Position numbers and translations under genes: made by a program. A DNA stretch of 64,000 nt from Oopsacas minuta (lineage: Eukaryota; Animalia; Porifera). Every line of letters starts with the position of its first letter. Position 1 is the first letter of the stretch. The notes beneath the pieces were generated by a model. The model made no database searches. It was given only the letters and a program-made list of their open reading frames with translations, and had not been told where the DNA came from. Location: NCBI GenBank assembly GCA_024704765.1, contig JAKMXF010000221.1:1-64000 (forward strand). Direction: 5' to 3'. Positions 27,176-38,447 of this stretch are shown in pieces.

Positions 27176-28222
27176 TCACTGTAGGTCTTGAGAACTACAT
27201 TCTGAAGATGATTCTGTCATATGCAAGGGTCCCATTGGATGAAGGGAGGGAGGATGATTATTGAAATAAATAGGGTTAATTTGATGAGCTTCAGGTACTG
27301 AGGATAAGGATTGTCTCTTGTATAAGGCTTGATGGTCAAATTCTACCGGGAGACCTGCTTGCATGGCGTAAGGAGACGGTAGATAGAGTCTGTCATCATA
27401 AGGGACACAGCATGCACTAGGGGAGAGAGGAGGAGATATTATCCTGTAGGTAGGACTACCCGAATCATCATGTGGTTTAATAGGTGACCTAATTGTTAAA
27501 GGAGGATTTTGAGACCAGTTCTTCACTTCAGAAACTGGTAGATATCCTTCTGAAGGAATTGAGTGGTAAGGATTATTTGAGTGTATAGAATTGTGTTCAG
27601 GATTATAGTGGGGTGTGTAACCGGTGTTATGATCTATATAAGGACTGAAGAAGTAGGAGGGGAAGTGAGGTAGGTTGAATGCAGCCTGATTGAAGGAGTG
27701 AGGAGCATTTGCATAAGAATAATTGTCACTACCATTATTTATATATTCAACTTGTTGTGTAACAGCTGGGATAGAGGATTCTGGCTTGAATTGATCAGAG
27801 AATAGATTCTGTGATTGTGAGAGTAGAGCAGGCCGTTTAGCTCTTGATGACAGATCCATATTAATTCTCAAATGACCATCTCTATTATGTTTATCTAACT
27901 TATTAAGATTCTCTAACTTTTTCTTCCTAGGCTTATATCTATACTGAGGATATTTCTGTATATGAGTCTCCCGTATACGCTTAGCTTCTATCCGGAAAGG
28001 AGACTTGTCTTCGTCACTAAGTTCTCTCCAAGACACACCCAGCTGTTTTGAAATCTCTGCGTTGTGAAGTTTGGGATTTTCTTGAGCTATCTTCCTGCGA
28101 GCATCCCTTGCCCACACCATGAACGCGTTCATGGGTCTTTTTACATGTTTCTCGTCAATAATAACAGTCCCGTCTCTATCTAAGTCACCAGGTACTTCTA
28201 AGTTCTGTAAGGGTGTGTCCAT
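27176..28222 (-). CDS. Sox HMG-box transcription factor (SoxE/SoxF-like), intronless; ATG at 28222
   Basis: [40 protein letters not shown]...[13 protein letters not shown]. The ORF track starts at a non-ATG codon; the first ATG (MDTPL) follows a strong acceptor-like tract. Confidence 0.92.
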   Translation of the reverse strand: MDTPLQNLEVPGDLDRDGTVIIDEKHVKRPMNAFMVWARDARRKIAQENPKLHNAEISKQLGVSWRELSDEDKSPFRIEAKRIRETHIQKYPQYRYKPRKKKLENLNKLDKHNRDGHLRINMDLSSRAKRPALLSQSQNLFSDQFKPESSIPAVTQQVEYINNGSDNYSYANAPHSFNQAAFNLPHFPSYFFSPYIDHNTGYTPHYNPEHNSIHSNNPYHSIPSEGYLPVSEVKNWSQNPPLTIRSPIKPHDDSGSPTYRIISPPLSPSACCVPYDDRLYLPSPYAMQAGLPVEFDHQALYKRQSLSSVPEAHQINPIYFNNHPPSLHPMGPLHMTESSSECSSQDLQ

Positions 28223-28610
28223 TGTTCTGAGAGGATAAATAGTAATTAATAAATTCCCTGGCTTCAATTAATGAAATACAAATACTTGAGTAATTAAGTC
28301 TAACAACTCGATAAATATATGCTTATTTCTAGCAATGGTTAGTTGAATTAGAAATCGGTAATTCAACTTTTCTCTTCAAATCTATCAAACAAACATTAAT
28401 ATAGTAATTATCTAAATATCAACAGAGAACATCCTAGATGTCATATCGAGACAGAGAATAGATTTGGGATTGAAAGGTAAAAATAAACGCAATTCTGCAA
28501 AAACACAAGCAGAACTATAAAGTACTTGGAGTATTAAACAAATCCAAATCTCTCTATCTCACTTCGGACACCCTAGTACTATACACCATAGTGGCTGGTT
28601 AGTTGAGCAC

Positions 28611-30242
28611 TCAGTAAGGTGTGTAGACAGCCTTGGGTTGTAGGCCGGGGTTCGTTTGAGGCTGACCGGTACCAGCCCCTAGGGGTATATTGGAGACCAT
28701 AATGTTCCCTGTGTTAGGGTCCTGTTGGTAAACAGCTGGCATTTGGTTAGGCACGTATTGCTGCATGTTAAGAGCATCTGTGATAGATTGGTTGTTGACA
28801 GGTACTGGCATCGGTTGAGCTGTCACGATAGAGTTTATGTATGCTTCCGTAGGAGATACGTAAGTAGAACCGGGGGGTGGGGTGGGATTTATGCCTGTGT
28901 ACCTGAAGTAGGGATTCTTGAGATCTAAAGAGTTATAGGACCTTATTCCTGATCCTTGTAGACCTATGTCTATCTCCATGTCATAGCTCTGTCTCATCGT
29001 AGCTTTCATCACAAGTCGACCTTCTAATACTTGTCCCATTTTAGCAAAGATAGGGAATTTGAGCAGACAGCGTACCTGGTACCAGTGAGTCAGCTGTTGA
29101 GTAGGGGAGGTGGAGAGCCAGATGGTCTTGAGACTACCCATGAATGCTACTTCAAACCAAAAAGCAAGCCCGTGTACCATAGCGGTTGTGAGTATTGTGA
29201 ACTGGAAGGGTATTGATATTTCTTCAAAATCAGATTCCTTCACTGTTAGGAAGTTAGCATTATGTTTCAAAGGCTTAGCAGTGAGAATACGAATATCAAA
29301 CGTGTCTACTACTGGTTGCTTGAAGTACTCTTCAAATGCTTGTTCTCTCAGATGTGATATATCTACTCCATAGAAGGATTGCTGATACCAAAAATTAGAC
29401 TTGCTATATTGCTCCATGTATAATGCTTCGTCTGAGAAAGGGGCTAGATAGAGGTCTCCTTGTGTGGGGAACATGTTCCCTCCTTGCTTTAGGAATTTAC
29501 GCGAGTGTACAAAACTTTCCAACATCCGTTCATTGTACAGCATATAACCCATAGGCTCAGAGATGATAGTATCTATTTCCTCAGGAATATCTACTTCTTC
29601 AATTTTCCCATACATAACAATAATCTTATCAGAGAGATTATTCTTACGGACCAGCTCATCACAGTGTAGAGCCATAGAGCTAGCTTCTACTGCATATACT
29701 CTACGTGCTCCTGCCTGTATAGCGAAGAAGGATAGTATACCAGAACCTGCTCCTACATCGAGCACTATCTTGTCTTGGAAGTCTGGATAGTTTTGTAACA
29801 TAGCATTCTGATAGGTAGAAGTACGTATAAAGTCTTGCATCATATTCTGTTGCTGGGACAGATAGCCATAGAATTGAAAATATTGCTTAGCAGAAGCAGA
29901 TTCAGTGCGCTGAGTAAACACACTCTCTTTTGATTTCGCGACAGAAATCAGCTGATAGAAACGATTGTTGTCTTCTAGATTGGAAAGTTTGAGTAGATAG
30001 GTAGCATCTTCCTGAATGTGAATGAAGTAGCAATGAGCATCATTACGAAAGAACTCAATCGTATCGTCCAGATTAAAATTGAGTAAGGCTTCATTCTGGT
30101 CGTTCTGGAGGTAACACGTTATACAGCCGATAACTCGCTTCACCAGAAATGTGCCACTACCCATCTCAACCACAGACGAGTCTTCATTGACACGCTTGAT
30201 ATTGACATTTCTGAAGGTAGCAGTTGAGTCATGCGAGGACAT
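28611..30242 (-). CDS. CARM1: Histone-arginine methyltransferase CARM1/PRMT4, intronless
   Basis: N-terminal PH-like region, [72 protein letters not shown]. Confidence 0.97.
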   Translation of the reverse strand: MSSHDSTATFRNVNIKRVNEDSSVVEMGSGTFLVKRVIGCITCYLQNDQNEALLNFNLDDTIEFFRNDAHCYFIHIQEDATYLLKLSNLEDNNRFYQLISVAKSKESVFTQRTESASAKQYFQFYGYLSQQQNMMQDFIRTSTYQNAMLQNYPDFQDKIVLDVGAGSGILSFFAIQAGARRVYAVEASSMALHCDELVRKNNLSDKIIVMYGKIEEVDIPEEIDTIISEPMGYMLYNERMLESFVHSRKFLKQGGNMFPTQGDLYLAPFSDEALYMEQYSKSNFWYQQSFYGVDISHLREQAFEEYFKQPVVDTFDIRILTAKPLKHNANFLTVKESDFEEISIPFQFTILTTAMVHGLAFWFEVAFMGSLKTIWLSTSPTQQLTHWYQVRCLLKFPIFAKMGQVLEGRLVMKATMRQSYDMEIDIGLQGSGIRSYNSLDLKNPYFRYTGINPTPPPGSTYVSPTEAYINSIVTAQPMPVPVNNQSITDALNMQQYVPNQMPAVYQQDPNTGNIMVSNIPLGAGTGQPQTNPGLQPKAVYTPY

Positions 30243-30709
30243 TCCTATAGAATGTTGTGTTATCTACACACCCTATTCTCTGCCGACACTAAAATTGCAG
30301 TCCCACCCAAACGTGCAAGCGATCACTTTCATGAACAATTACTCGGGTTTATGATATTTGCAAATTTGGTGGAGTTATATTAAAATAATGTTCAGGCGGG
30401 TAAACTTACATTTTATGATATTATCGCAAGTATATGAGGAAAGATTGTTCGGATATTTGTTGCACAAGCGAAGGTAACACTATGCAAAACAAAGCTCCCA
30501 CCCAACTTAATAATTAATGGAATATTATATCGATAAAACTATTATTTGAGGTTTCCCTGTGGAAAAATTAAACTGACACAAATAAAACCATATTATGATA
30601 GCTCATAATAGTTAGAATTGTCTATTCCATGGCATCGCATGCCTTTATCATGTTTAAATTGCAGCAGGTAGTTACAAATATATTCTACACTAATCCTTGG
30701 TACAAAATG

Positions 30710-31234
30710 CTAGTCATCATTAGAAGATTCATCTTCATCAGAAGGAATGCAAGTTAGTAGCCGTTTATTCACTTGCTTTTCTTTACTTCTCTTACTACTG
30801 TTATTATCTGCTTCTAATTGATCATCTTCAGACGCTCGCTTTTTCTTAGAGCTGCTAGGTGGTGGGGGTCTATAAACTATCTTTCCATCGCGCTTTTCAT
30901 CATAAGGAAGTTTCGCAGCCTCTTTCAATGCCATTTCCTGTTCCTTTTTCTCACGCTCTGCAGCGATGGCAGCTAGATCTTTGCCTTCTAAAACATCTTT
31001 GAGATTTTCTTTAGTCATATCACAAGATTGTGATTCATCTATTGAGAGTTGATTGCTGTTAATCATCTCTAACAATTCTTGTTTAGGATCGATTTCATCT
31101 TCAGGTTTACCGCCCTCAGGTTCAAACTTATCACTGAGAGTAGGTCCTTCTATATAACCCGCCTTTTGTTTGAAAGCTCTTATAAAGCTAGGCTGAGACG
31201 GTTCACTGTAAGAAATCTGATTCTTCTTGGACAT
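30710..31234 (-). CDS. KIAA1143: KIAA1143-like (DUF4604) small protein
   Basis: MSKKNQISYSEPSQPSFIRAFKQKAGYIEGPT...DGKIVYRPP...KQVNKRLL..SDEDE follows the KIAA1143 pattern. Confidence 0.85.
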   Translation of the reverse strand: MSKKNQISYSEPSQPSFIRAFKQKAGYIEGPTLSDKFEPEGGKPEDEIDPKQELLEMINSNQLSIDESQSCDMTKENLKDVLEGKDLAAIAAEREKKEQEMALKEAAKLPYDEKRDGKIVYRPPPPSSSKKKRASEDDQLEADNNSSKRSKEKQVNKRLLTCIPSDEDESSNDD

Positions 31235-31899
31235 AGCAATTCACACTCGAATAAATTGCAACTGTAATTCATATGTAAGGTAAGATTGCTACGAACCATT
31301 GGAACGATATCCTTGGATAAACTATGAAGAAACCTTGCGGATATTCTATATTAATTAAAATTACATTGTCTTGGTTAGATCATACTGTACTTTTGTTATG
31401 CATGGGATATTTCAATATAATTATCTCAATGTCTGTAAGGAAATTTCCTTGAATTAGTAGGATCAGTAAAGTTGATGTTGTATATTACGAGTATAATTAT
31501 TGTAATATTAGCAAATCAAAACAAAAAAATAAGTTTATTAGTAACTAAATTATTGAAAGTACTGACACAAAGGTTCATTAATCCATCTTGAAAGTAATTA
31601 GATTGGGACATATCCACAGGTATTGTAATCATTTTGATTCGTATGTGGTAAAACTTATTAGTGTATTAATATCTATAGACAAATACTTTCCAGGAAATTG
31701 GACAATTGATATTATGCAATGTTTGCTTTAATGCTCAGTAAAATAATATTTCTTCCCAGATCACGTAATCAATAAAATATAATCATAATTCGCTGAAAAT
31801 AATATGTACTGTATGTATGCATTATATTGTCGCGTAGGTTAAATTACTTTTGAGATAAATACTTCACAAATAAATATTGAAGTAACATACAATTAAAAT

Positions 31900-33411
31900 A
31901 TGGACTGTAAATCTCTACTAGCAATTGCAACATTAATATGCATCATCTCCTCAGGATCAGCTGATAGTCCCGGGGCGAGGATAGAAATTACGCAGAATGG
32001 ACTCAATTATATGATAGAACAAGCTCTACCATACTTGAAATCTACTCTGAATAGGATAAACATACCAGATATCAGTGGTAAAGATGAATGTGATTATTCA
32101 CTGAGTAATATCAACATCGGGGATATAGAACTCCCAGATATACAAGGAGTTACAGGTTCTGGTGGATTAACGCTAAAAGGAGACGGCATAGGCTTGAGCG
32201 GAGGGTTAGATTATTCTTACAAATGCCCTCTATGGATTCATGGGAGTGGGAACGTGGATCTGGATGTTACTGACGCTAGCCTCAGTTTCACACTCCTGGT
32301 GGATAAAGATGATACAGGCCATCCTGTCTTCAATCCTAATGGCTGTTCACTGGATATCTCGGATATCGACATAAAATTCCACGGATCGCTATCTTGGCTT
32401 GCGAATTTATTTAAAGGACTTATCGGAGATAAAATAAAATCATATGCTAATGATAACGCCTGCTCGAAACTATTAGAATTGATTCAACAAAAAGGAAATT
32501 CATTTTTGCAGGACTTCCAAACACAAAAGGCCATAGATGACAAAATAGTAATCGATTACTCTCTAATAACCAATCCAATATTCTCCAGCACAGACCTCGA
32601 AGTTGACATAAAAGGAGAATTTACTTCAATCAATCCAAACGCTGTCAAGCCTCCTTTTTCTCCCTCCGCTATACCACAAGCCAGCGAGTCCAGTAAAATG
32701 GCTTATCTAGTAGCTTCTACATACCTAGCAAACACTGCGGCATTCGTGATTAATGAAGAAGGTTACTTGCAGTACAACATTACTCCAGATACACTACCTG
32801 CTAAAGCAGAATTTTTGTTTACTACTTTGATTTTCCAGGATTTGATACCAGCCTTCTACAACAAATATCCTGACATGAACCTTACACTAAACATGTATGC
32901 AACCAAGCCACCAATTCTTAAAGTTACTCCTGGAGAAGCGAGGCTACAAGGAAGTGGAATTATCGAGTTTGCAGTTTATGATGCAAACTGTGATAACGCA
33001 ATAGTACACGCATTCAGTCTAGAGGTTGATGGAAGTACTGAAGTAGAAGTGGGATTGAAACAAGTTGCTGGAGCTACGAATGTAACTGGAAAGATTGAGT
33101 CACTCGATTTAGAAGTGTCTATACTGGACACAGAAGTAGGTACCATCAATAGCACTAAAATAAAGGACCTAATAGACCTAATAGGAACTAACCTGCTAGT
33201 ACCACTAGTGAATAAGTACACAGGTGTAGGATGGCCGATACCAATTATCTACGGGGTAGAGCTACAGAATACTGAAGTGACACTAGGAAACGATTATATA
33301 ATGATTAGTACAGATGTGGACTATGAACCTCAACTGTCTCAGCAGCAGAAACTAGAAGATGATGATAGCCAGCCTGTGATGAAGAGACTGACTTCTCGTG
33401 TACAGTTCTAA
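31900..33411 (+). CDS. BPI/LBP/PLTP-family lipid-binding protein, copy 1 (secreted, acidic)
   Basis: Signal peptide, PGARIEITQNGLNY, conserved Cys pair (NGC...NAC), IDYSLITNP, DIKGEF, KMAYLVASTY, PAFYNKYPDM, IPIIYGVEL. Confidence 0.92.
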   Translation: MDCKSLLAIATLICIISSGSADSPGARIEITQNGLNYMIEQALPYLKSTLNRINIPDISGKDECDYSLSNINIGDIELPDIQGVTGSGGLTLKGDGIGLSGGLDYSYKCPLWIHGSGNVDLDVTDASLSFTLLVDKDDTGHPVFNPNGCSLDISDIDIKFHGSLSWLANLFKGLIGDKIKSYANDNACSKLLELIQQKGNSFLQDFQTQKAIDDKIVIDYSLITNPIFSSTDLEVDIKGEFTSINPNAVKPPFSPSAIPQASESSKMAYLVASTYLANTAAFVINEEGYLQYNITPDTLPAKAEFLFTTLIFQDLIPAFYNKYPDMNLTLNMYATKPPILKVTPGEARLQGSGIIEFAVYDANCDNAIVHAFSLEVDGSTEVEVGLKQVAGATNVTGKIESLDLEVSILDTEVGTINSTKIKDLIDLIGTNLLVPLVNKYTGVGWPIPIIYGVELQNTEVTLGNDYIMISTDVDYEPQLSQQQKLEDDDSQPVMKRLTSRVQF

Positions 33412-34985
33412 TAATTTTAATACAGATTTGAACAATTGAACATTGCTTCCTTTGTAAAAACTCATATTGTAATTCCTACATAGCAGGGGAAGTGGGAGTT
33501 TGACTGTTAAAATAGTTAGACGTGATCGCCAATAAGTTAGGATTGGTCTTCGCAAAACAAAATATAAAATAATAATTATCCCTCGGTGAAAAGTTATAAT
33601 AAAGAAGTTTGATGTAATCTCTTACAGTATGATTGTATAATAGTGTAATCAGGATAAATTACTAACATTAGCTTACAGATAAATAATCCGTAAATATGAT
33701 ATTTTGATTAATACCAAACTCAAAGATGATAAATAACTCAATAAAAATTGTATCAGTAGTAACCTTGATTACGATTATTAGCTCAGGATTGACTGATTAT
33801 CCCGGGGCCAGAATTGTACTCACACAAACTGGACTAGATTACTTGACAGAAATAGGCCTACCATACCTGCAATCTGCCCTGGACACTACAATAAATATTC
33901 CAGATCAGAGTGGAGAAAAATTTCTTATTTACTATGAGCTATCTAACATACAAATCTGGGGTATACATCTGAAAGGATTATCGGCTATACTAGGGTCCAA
34001 TGGATTGACATTGAAAGGAACTGACTTAAGCATAAAAATGAGGCTTGATTATAGCTTTACCTTCCTGGTAATTCACGAGAGTGGAAGCATAGAAGTAGAT
34101 ATATCTGACGGTGATCTAAGTCAGACTATCCTGGCGAAGAGAGACGAAAATGGTCACCCTATTCTCCAATCAGACGGCTGTGCAATCCATGTTTCCGGTG
34201 TCAACTTAGAATTCACTGGGTGGTTGGATGGAATCCTGAACCTGATATCTGGAATACTTGACGACTTAGTAGAAGACTATCTCGACAATAATGGATGTTC
34301 TAGACTCTCTAGCGTAATAGAGGATGATTTAAATCCACTTATACAGACTTTTCAAACGGAAGCTAATATAGAAGAATTCATAGAAATAGATTACTCTCTT
34401 GTTGATAACCCACTCTTCACAGATCTAGAACTACAAGTTGACTTGAAAGGAGAATTCGTCTCAGTTAAGCAATATTCCGTGGAACCTCCGTTCTCAGCCC
34501 CTCCCATCCCAGAACTCACAGAATTTAGTAGAATGGCTTATCTTATGGTATCTACATATACAGCAAACACTGCAGCATTCGCATATCAAGAAGAAGAGTT
34601 CCTACATATTAACATTGCTCCAGACACACTACCTGCTAAAGTTGATATACCAATTACTACTGTACTCTTCCAGGATTTGATACCAGCCTTCTACAACAAA
34701 TATCCTGACATGAACCTTACACTAAACATGTATGCAACCAAGCCACCAATTCTTAAAGTTACTCCTGGAGAAGCGAGGCTACAAGGAAGTGGAATTATCG
34801 AGTTTGCAGTTTATGATGCAAACTGTGATAACGCAATAGTACACGCATTCAGTCTAGAGGTTGATGGAAGTACTGAAGTAGAAGTGGGATTGAAACAAGT
34901 TGCTGGAGCTACGAATGTAACTGGAAAGATTGAGTCACTCGATTTAGAAGTGTCTATACTGGACACAGAAGTAGGTACCATCAAT
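32833..34985 (+). repeat. Two identical 318-bp copies (32833-33150 and 34668-34985) inside BPI copies 1 and 2
   Basis: Line-by-line comparison from ttccaggatttgatacc to gtaggtaccatcaat showed no mismatch. Offset 1835 bp. Confidence 0.93.
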
Positions 34986-35183
34986 GCGACTAAAATAACA
35001 GATCTAATACGTTTGTTAGGGAATTCATTGATAATACCACTAGTGAATAGTTTCGCAGGTGTAGGATGGCCGATACCAGCTATAGACGGGATAGAGTTAG
35101 AGGACACTGAACTGATACTACGAAACGATTACATATTAATTGGTACAGATGTGAACTATGTACCTCAACAGTCAAACCCTTGA
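33726..35183 (+). CDS. BPI/LBP-family protein, copy 2
   Basis: Same architecture (PGARIVLTQTGLDY, DGC...NGC, IDYSLVDNP, LKGEF). Shares a 318-bp identical block with copy 1. Confidence 0.92.
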   Translation: MINNSIKIVSVVTLITIISSGLTDYPGARIVLTQTGLDYLTEIGLPYLQSALDTTINIPDQSGEKFLIYYELSNIQIWGIHLKGLSAILGSNGLTLKGTDLSIKMRLDYSFTFLVIHESGSIEVDISDGDLSQTILAKRDENGHPILQSDGCAIHVSGVNLEFTGWLDGILNLISGILDDLVEDYLDNNGCSRLSSVIEDDLNPLIQTFQTEANIEEFIEIDYSLVDNPLFTDLELQVDLKGEFVSVKQYSVEPPFSAPPIPELTEFSRMAYLMVSTYTANTAAFAYQEEEFLHINIAPDTLPAKVDIPITTVLFQDLIPAFYNKYPDMNLTLNMYATKPPILKVTPGEARLQGSGIIEFAVYDANCDNAIVHAFSLEVDGSTEVEVGLKQVAGATNVTGKIESLDLEVSILDTEVGTINATKITDLIRLLGNSLIIPLVNSFAGVGWPIPAIDGIELEDTELILRNDYILIGTDVNYVPQQSNP

Positions 35184-35562
35184 TGAAATTATTGAGGCCA
35201 GGTGTAAAGATTCATATTTTTGTAATTATTAATTAGATTAAGGCTATATGTAAAAGTAAATGTATTTCACATTTATTCTGTGTGGCAAAGAATACATATT
35301 AATTCGTCAATTAAATTTGGGTTCCGTTCCGTTAATAAGAGAAATTCAAGCAAAGTTTGAATTCATAAATACGTATAATATCTCATGTTTATAGAAATTT
35401 GAGAAGTAGTATAAAAGGTTAAAGTATAGAATATTGTCTAATTACAAATATTTAAGAGTAACGGAGTGACCTGAGAGGGAAAAGCAAAGTATAAATTACC
35501 AATTTGTTAGCTGACAATAAAATACTAAGAAAATTCTCCTAATTCTATTTCTACTAAATAAA

Positions 35563-37065
35563 ATGACAATCAAGTATTACATCTTATGTGTGATATTCTT
35601 AAGTTCATATCTACAACTCGCATGGTTGGTGAATCCTGGATTTAGAACTGCCATAACTGAAAAGGGATTTGAGTACATTGTGCAAGTAGGATTACCAATC
35701 TTAGAAGCTCAACTCAATAACATAAAAATTCCAGATCAACATGGAGACTACCATAGTCCTATTGGTAAAATACACTGGGATCTGACAGATATACATATGG
35801 GTAGTATTACGATACCAAAAGCTGCGATAAAGACAGGAACTGCTGGATTAACAGTCAGTGCTTCTGGGATATCTCTATCAGGAGGAGGTGCACATTGGCA
35901 TTACAAGACGAACGTCATATTCCCAATTTCTGATAGTGGGAGTGCAGATATCGGTACGTCTGGGACAAGTCTATCTGTGACTGTCAAAATCGGGAAAGAC
36001 GCCAAAGGTCATGCTACTCTCTCTTCCTCTGCTTGCCAATTCAGCATAGGGAGCTTAAGTATACATTTCCATGGAGGAGCAAGTTGGCTATACAACCTGT
36101 TTGATAGCGAAATAGAAAGTGCAATAAAAAGCTCACTGAATGGGCAAATATGCGAGCAGGCAACTCAAGCAATCAACACACAAGGAAACAAAGCTTTAGA
36201 ATCACTACCAGTTCAGGTTAATATCGACGAAACTGCACTGGTGGATTATTCAATAGTCCAAGATCCTATATTTACCACCCAATATATGGAAACCGAGCAT
36301 AAGGGAGAATTCTTCTCAAGAACCAAACCGCACGAGGCTAGCATCTCTCCTGTCGTTCTCCCTGGTGTAGGTTCTCCTACTAGAATGCTCTATATTTGGC
36401 TAACAACATATATTGCCAATACAGCTGGAATAGTTTACGATGAAGCTGGAGAGCTAAAGACTACTATTACACCGGATGAAGTACCATCTAGTATCCCGAT
36501 TAAACTCAATACTGCCTCATTCAAAGTGATAATCCCAGCTCTATATAACAAATATCCTAATATGAACATGACATTATTGCTACAGGCTACAACGCCCCCG
36601 GTAATGACAGTAAATCCTAAAGGAGTTAATGTCACTGTATTCGGAGATGTAGATGTTTGTGTTTATGACAGTAAGAACAACAACAAAATTACTCCGGCAT
36701 TCAATCTAAGTGTAATTGTGTATACGAATATTAGTCTTTCAGTAAAGGAAGAAGGGAATACACCGTATGTGATAGGGAAGGCAAACTTCATAGGAGCTAA
36801 GTTCTCACTTACATACAGCTCTATTGGAAATTTTGACGCTAAGCTTTTACAAGGTGCTGTTAACTTTCTTTGTCAGGCGTATGTTATTAAGGAATTGAAT
36901 AAGTATGGAGCAGCTGGTTTGGAAATTCCATTGATCGATGGGGTACAGCTGATTAATCCAGAGATAAAGTTTGGTACTGGTTACATAACAATCGATACTG
37001 ACATCAATTACAAGCCGAGTGAAGAAATACGGGCGAGGACAGATGAGGTAGAAATAGTAATCTGA
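35563..37065 (+). CDS. BPI/LBP-family protein, copy 3 (most canonical BPI/LBP-like)
   Basis: NPGFRTAITEKGFEY, SACQFSIGSLSIHFHGGASWLYNLF...QICE, VDYSIVQDP, HKGEFF, RMLYIWL, IPALYNKYPNM. Confidence 0.93.
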   Translation: MTIKYYILCVIFLSSYLQLAWLVNPGFRTAITEKGFEYIVQVGLPILEAQLNNIKIPDQHGDYHSPIGKIHWDLTDIHMGSITIPKAAIKTGTAGLTVSASGISLSGGGAHWHYKTNVIFPISDSGSADIGTSGTSLSVTVKIGKDAKGHATLSSSACQFSIGSLSIHFHGGASWLYNLFDSEIESAIKSSLNGQICEQATQAINTQGNKALESLPVQVNIDETALVDYSIVQDPIFTTQYMETEHKGEFFSRTKPHEASISPVVLPGVGSPTRMLYIWLTTYIANTAGIVYDEAGELKTTITPDEVPSSIPIKLNTASFKVIIPALYNKYPNMNMTLLLQATTPPVMTVNPKGVNVTVFGDVDVCVYDSKNNNKITPAFNLSVIVYTNISLSVKEEGNTPYVIGKANFIGAKFSLTYSSIGNFDAKLLQGAVNFLCQAYVIKELNKYGAAGLEIPLIDGVQLINPEIKFGTGYITIDTDINYKPSEEIRARTDEVEIVI

Positions 37066-37529
37066 ATTAACATAATAAATGCTCTGTAGTTTAGTTGAGC
37101 TAAGTTTATGTAATGGTGTATATCCTACCTTAGCATCTTAGTTTACCCCAGTTTATAGAGTTCGTTTTACCAATATTATATTCCTCATAATATTGATCTA
37201 ACAACAATTATTAAGCATAAATATTAGTAATAACTATATTACAATGCTCTTATAATCTGTATGATATCAACCTTATGGAGTATTAATTAAGTAAGGGATT
37301 GAGGGGCAAGTAAATGCTATCATCGTATTACATTTTTGGTAATATTTGTAATCTTACAAATCTAGTGTTTGTACATATTAAATTGACATACTGTAATGAA
37401 TAATAAATTACTTGTAAGATGCTTAGGTTAGGGAAATATCTGTGATAATATCCTAAGCATTAGGCTATGCCACAAAAGTATAAATTAAAATAATCTAATA
37501 CAGCTGCAATTAGTCAGAAAATATCCAAA

Positions 37530-38447
37530 ATGTTTTATAGTCATTTCATTTATACGTGCATTAAAATAAATTTGATTCTCGGATTTATCATTTTATCTGT
37601 GTTTGGATTTCTAATTCTAATCCCTAACTTCAGAGGAGTCGTTAGGAATGCAATTTATGAAGCAATTATCACATACGGGACACCAATACTGTCATCGTAT
37701 TTGAATAAAATCGATATCCCAGATCAAGTAGGTAGTGTTTCTACCATGTTTGGGACGATAAATTATGGAGTAACAAACATTGGTCTCAATGAAGTTGAAA
37801 TACAGCACTCCTACGCAAACGTTGATAAGGACGGAGTAACATTATCGTTCTGTAATGTTAGTATTGGAGGCCATATTGACTGGAGTTTCAAATTATCAAA
37901 TCCTCCAGTCGGAAACATTACTATCTTAGAGGCGAAAGGAACAGCAGATGCAAAGTTTTCACAAGTAAAACTTGTTTCAGGTTTTAATCTTGTAAGCAAC
38001 AATGGTACACTGGCATTAAGTTATCATCATTGCAAATTTGTAATCGATAAAGTGGATTTGGAATTCCACAAATCATCCTTGAGTCCAATATTAAACATCT
38101 TCCGACATTTTATAGCAGATATTTTGGAAGATTTCGTGAATAACCATACATGCATACAAATCAGGGCAGCCATTACTAAGAAAGCAAATAGTAAGCTAAG
38201 AACAATACCAATTGGTATTGACATAGCAGAAGCAGTGAAGATTTTTATAAAATTATTCTCAGATACAGAAGTAGGGGAACCTCCTGAAACCTGTAAAATA
38301 CCGCATCCTCATTCGAATAGAAGGAGCCAGCTAGGTTGTAAAGCACCCCCAAAGACATTAACACCAACAGAAGCACCCGAATGCAAAGATGAGGAGGAAT
38401 CAGGATGTAGCAGACAAAAGAATATCTTACCTCACATATACTTTTGA
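37530..38447 (+). CDS. BPI/LBP-family protein, copy 4: N-terminal domain only, with a Pro/Cys-rich tail
   Basis: Hydrophobic N-terminus, PNFRGVVRN...GTPIL..IDIPDQ, Cys pair HHC...HTC, then an unrelated tail (PPETCKIPHP...PECKDEEESGC). No BPI C-terminal domain. Confidence 0.8.
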   Translation: MFYSHFIYTCIKINLILGFIILSVFGFLILIPNFRGVVRNAIYEAIITYGTPILSSYLNKIDIPDQVGSVSTMFGTINYGVTNIGLNEVEIQHSYANVDKDGVTLSFCNVSIGGHIDWSFKLSNPPVGNITILEAKGTADAKFSQVKLVSGFNLVSNNGTLALSYHHCKFVIDKVDLEFHKSSLSPILNIFRHFIADILEDFVNNHTCIQIRAAITKKANSKLRTIPIGIDIAEAVKIFIKLFSDTEVGEPPETCKIPHPHSNRRSQLGCKAPPKTLTPTEAPECKDEEESGCSRQKNILPHIYF

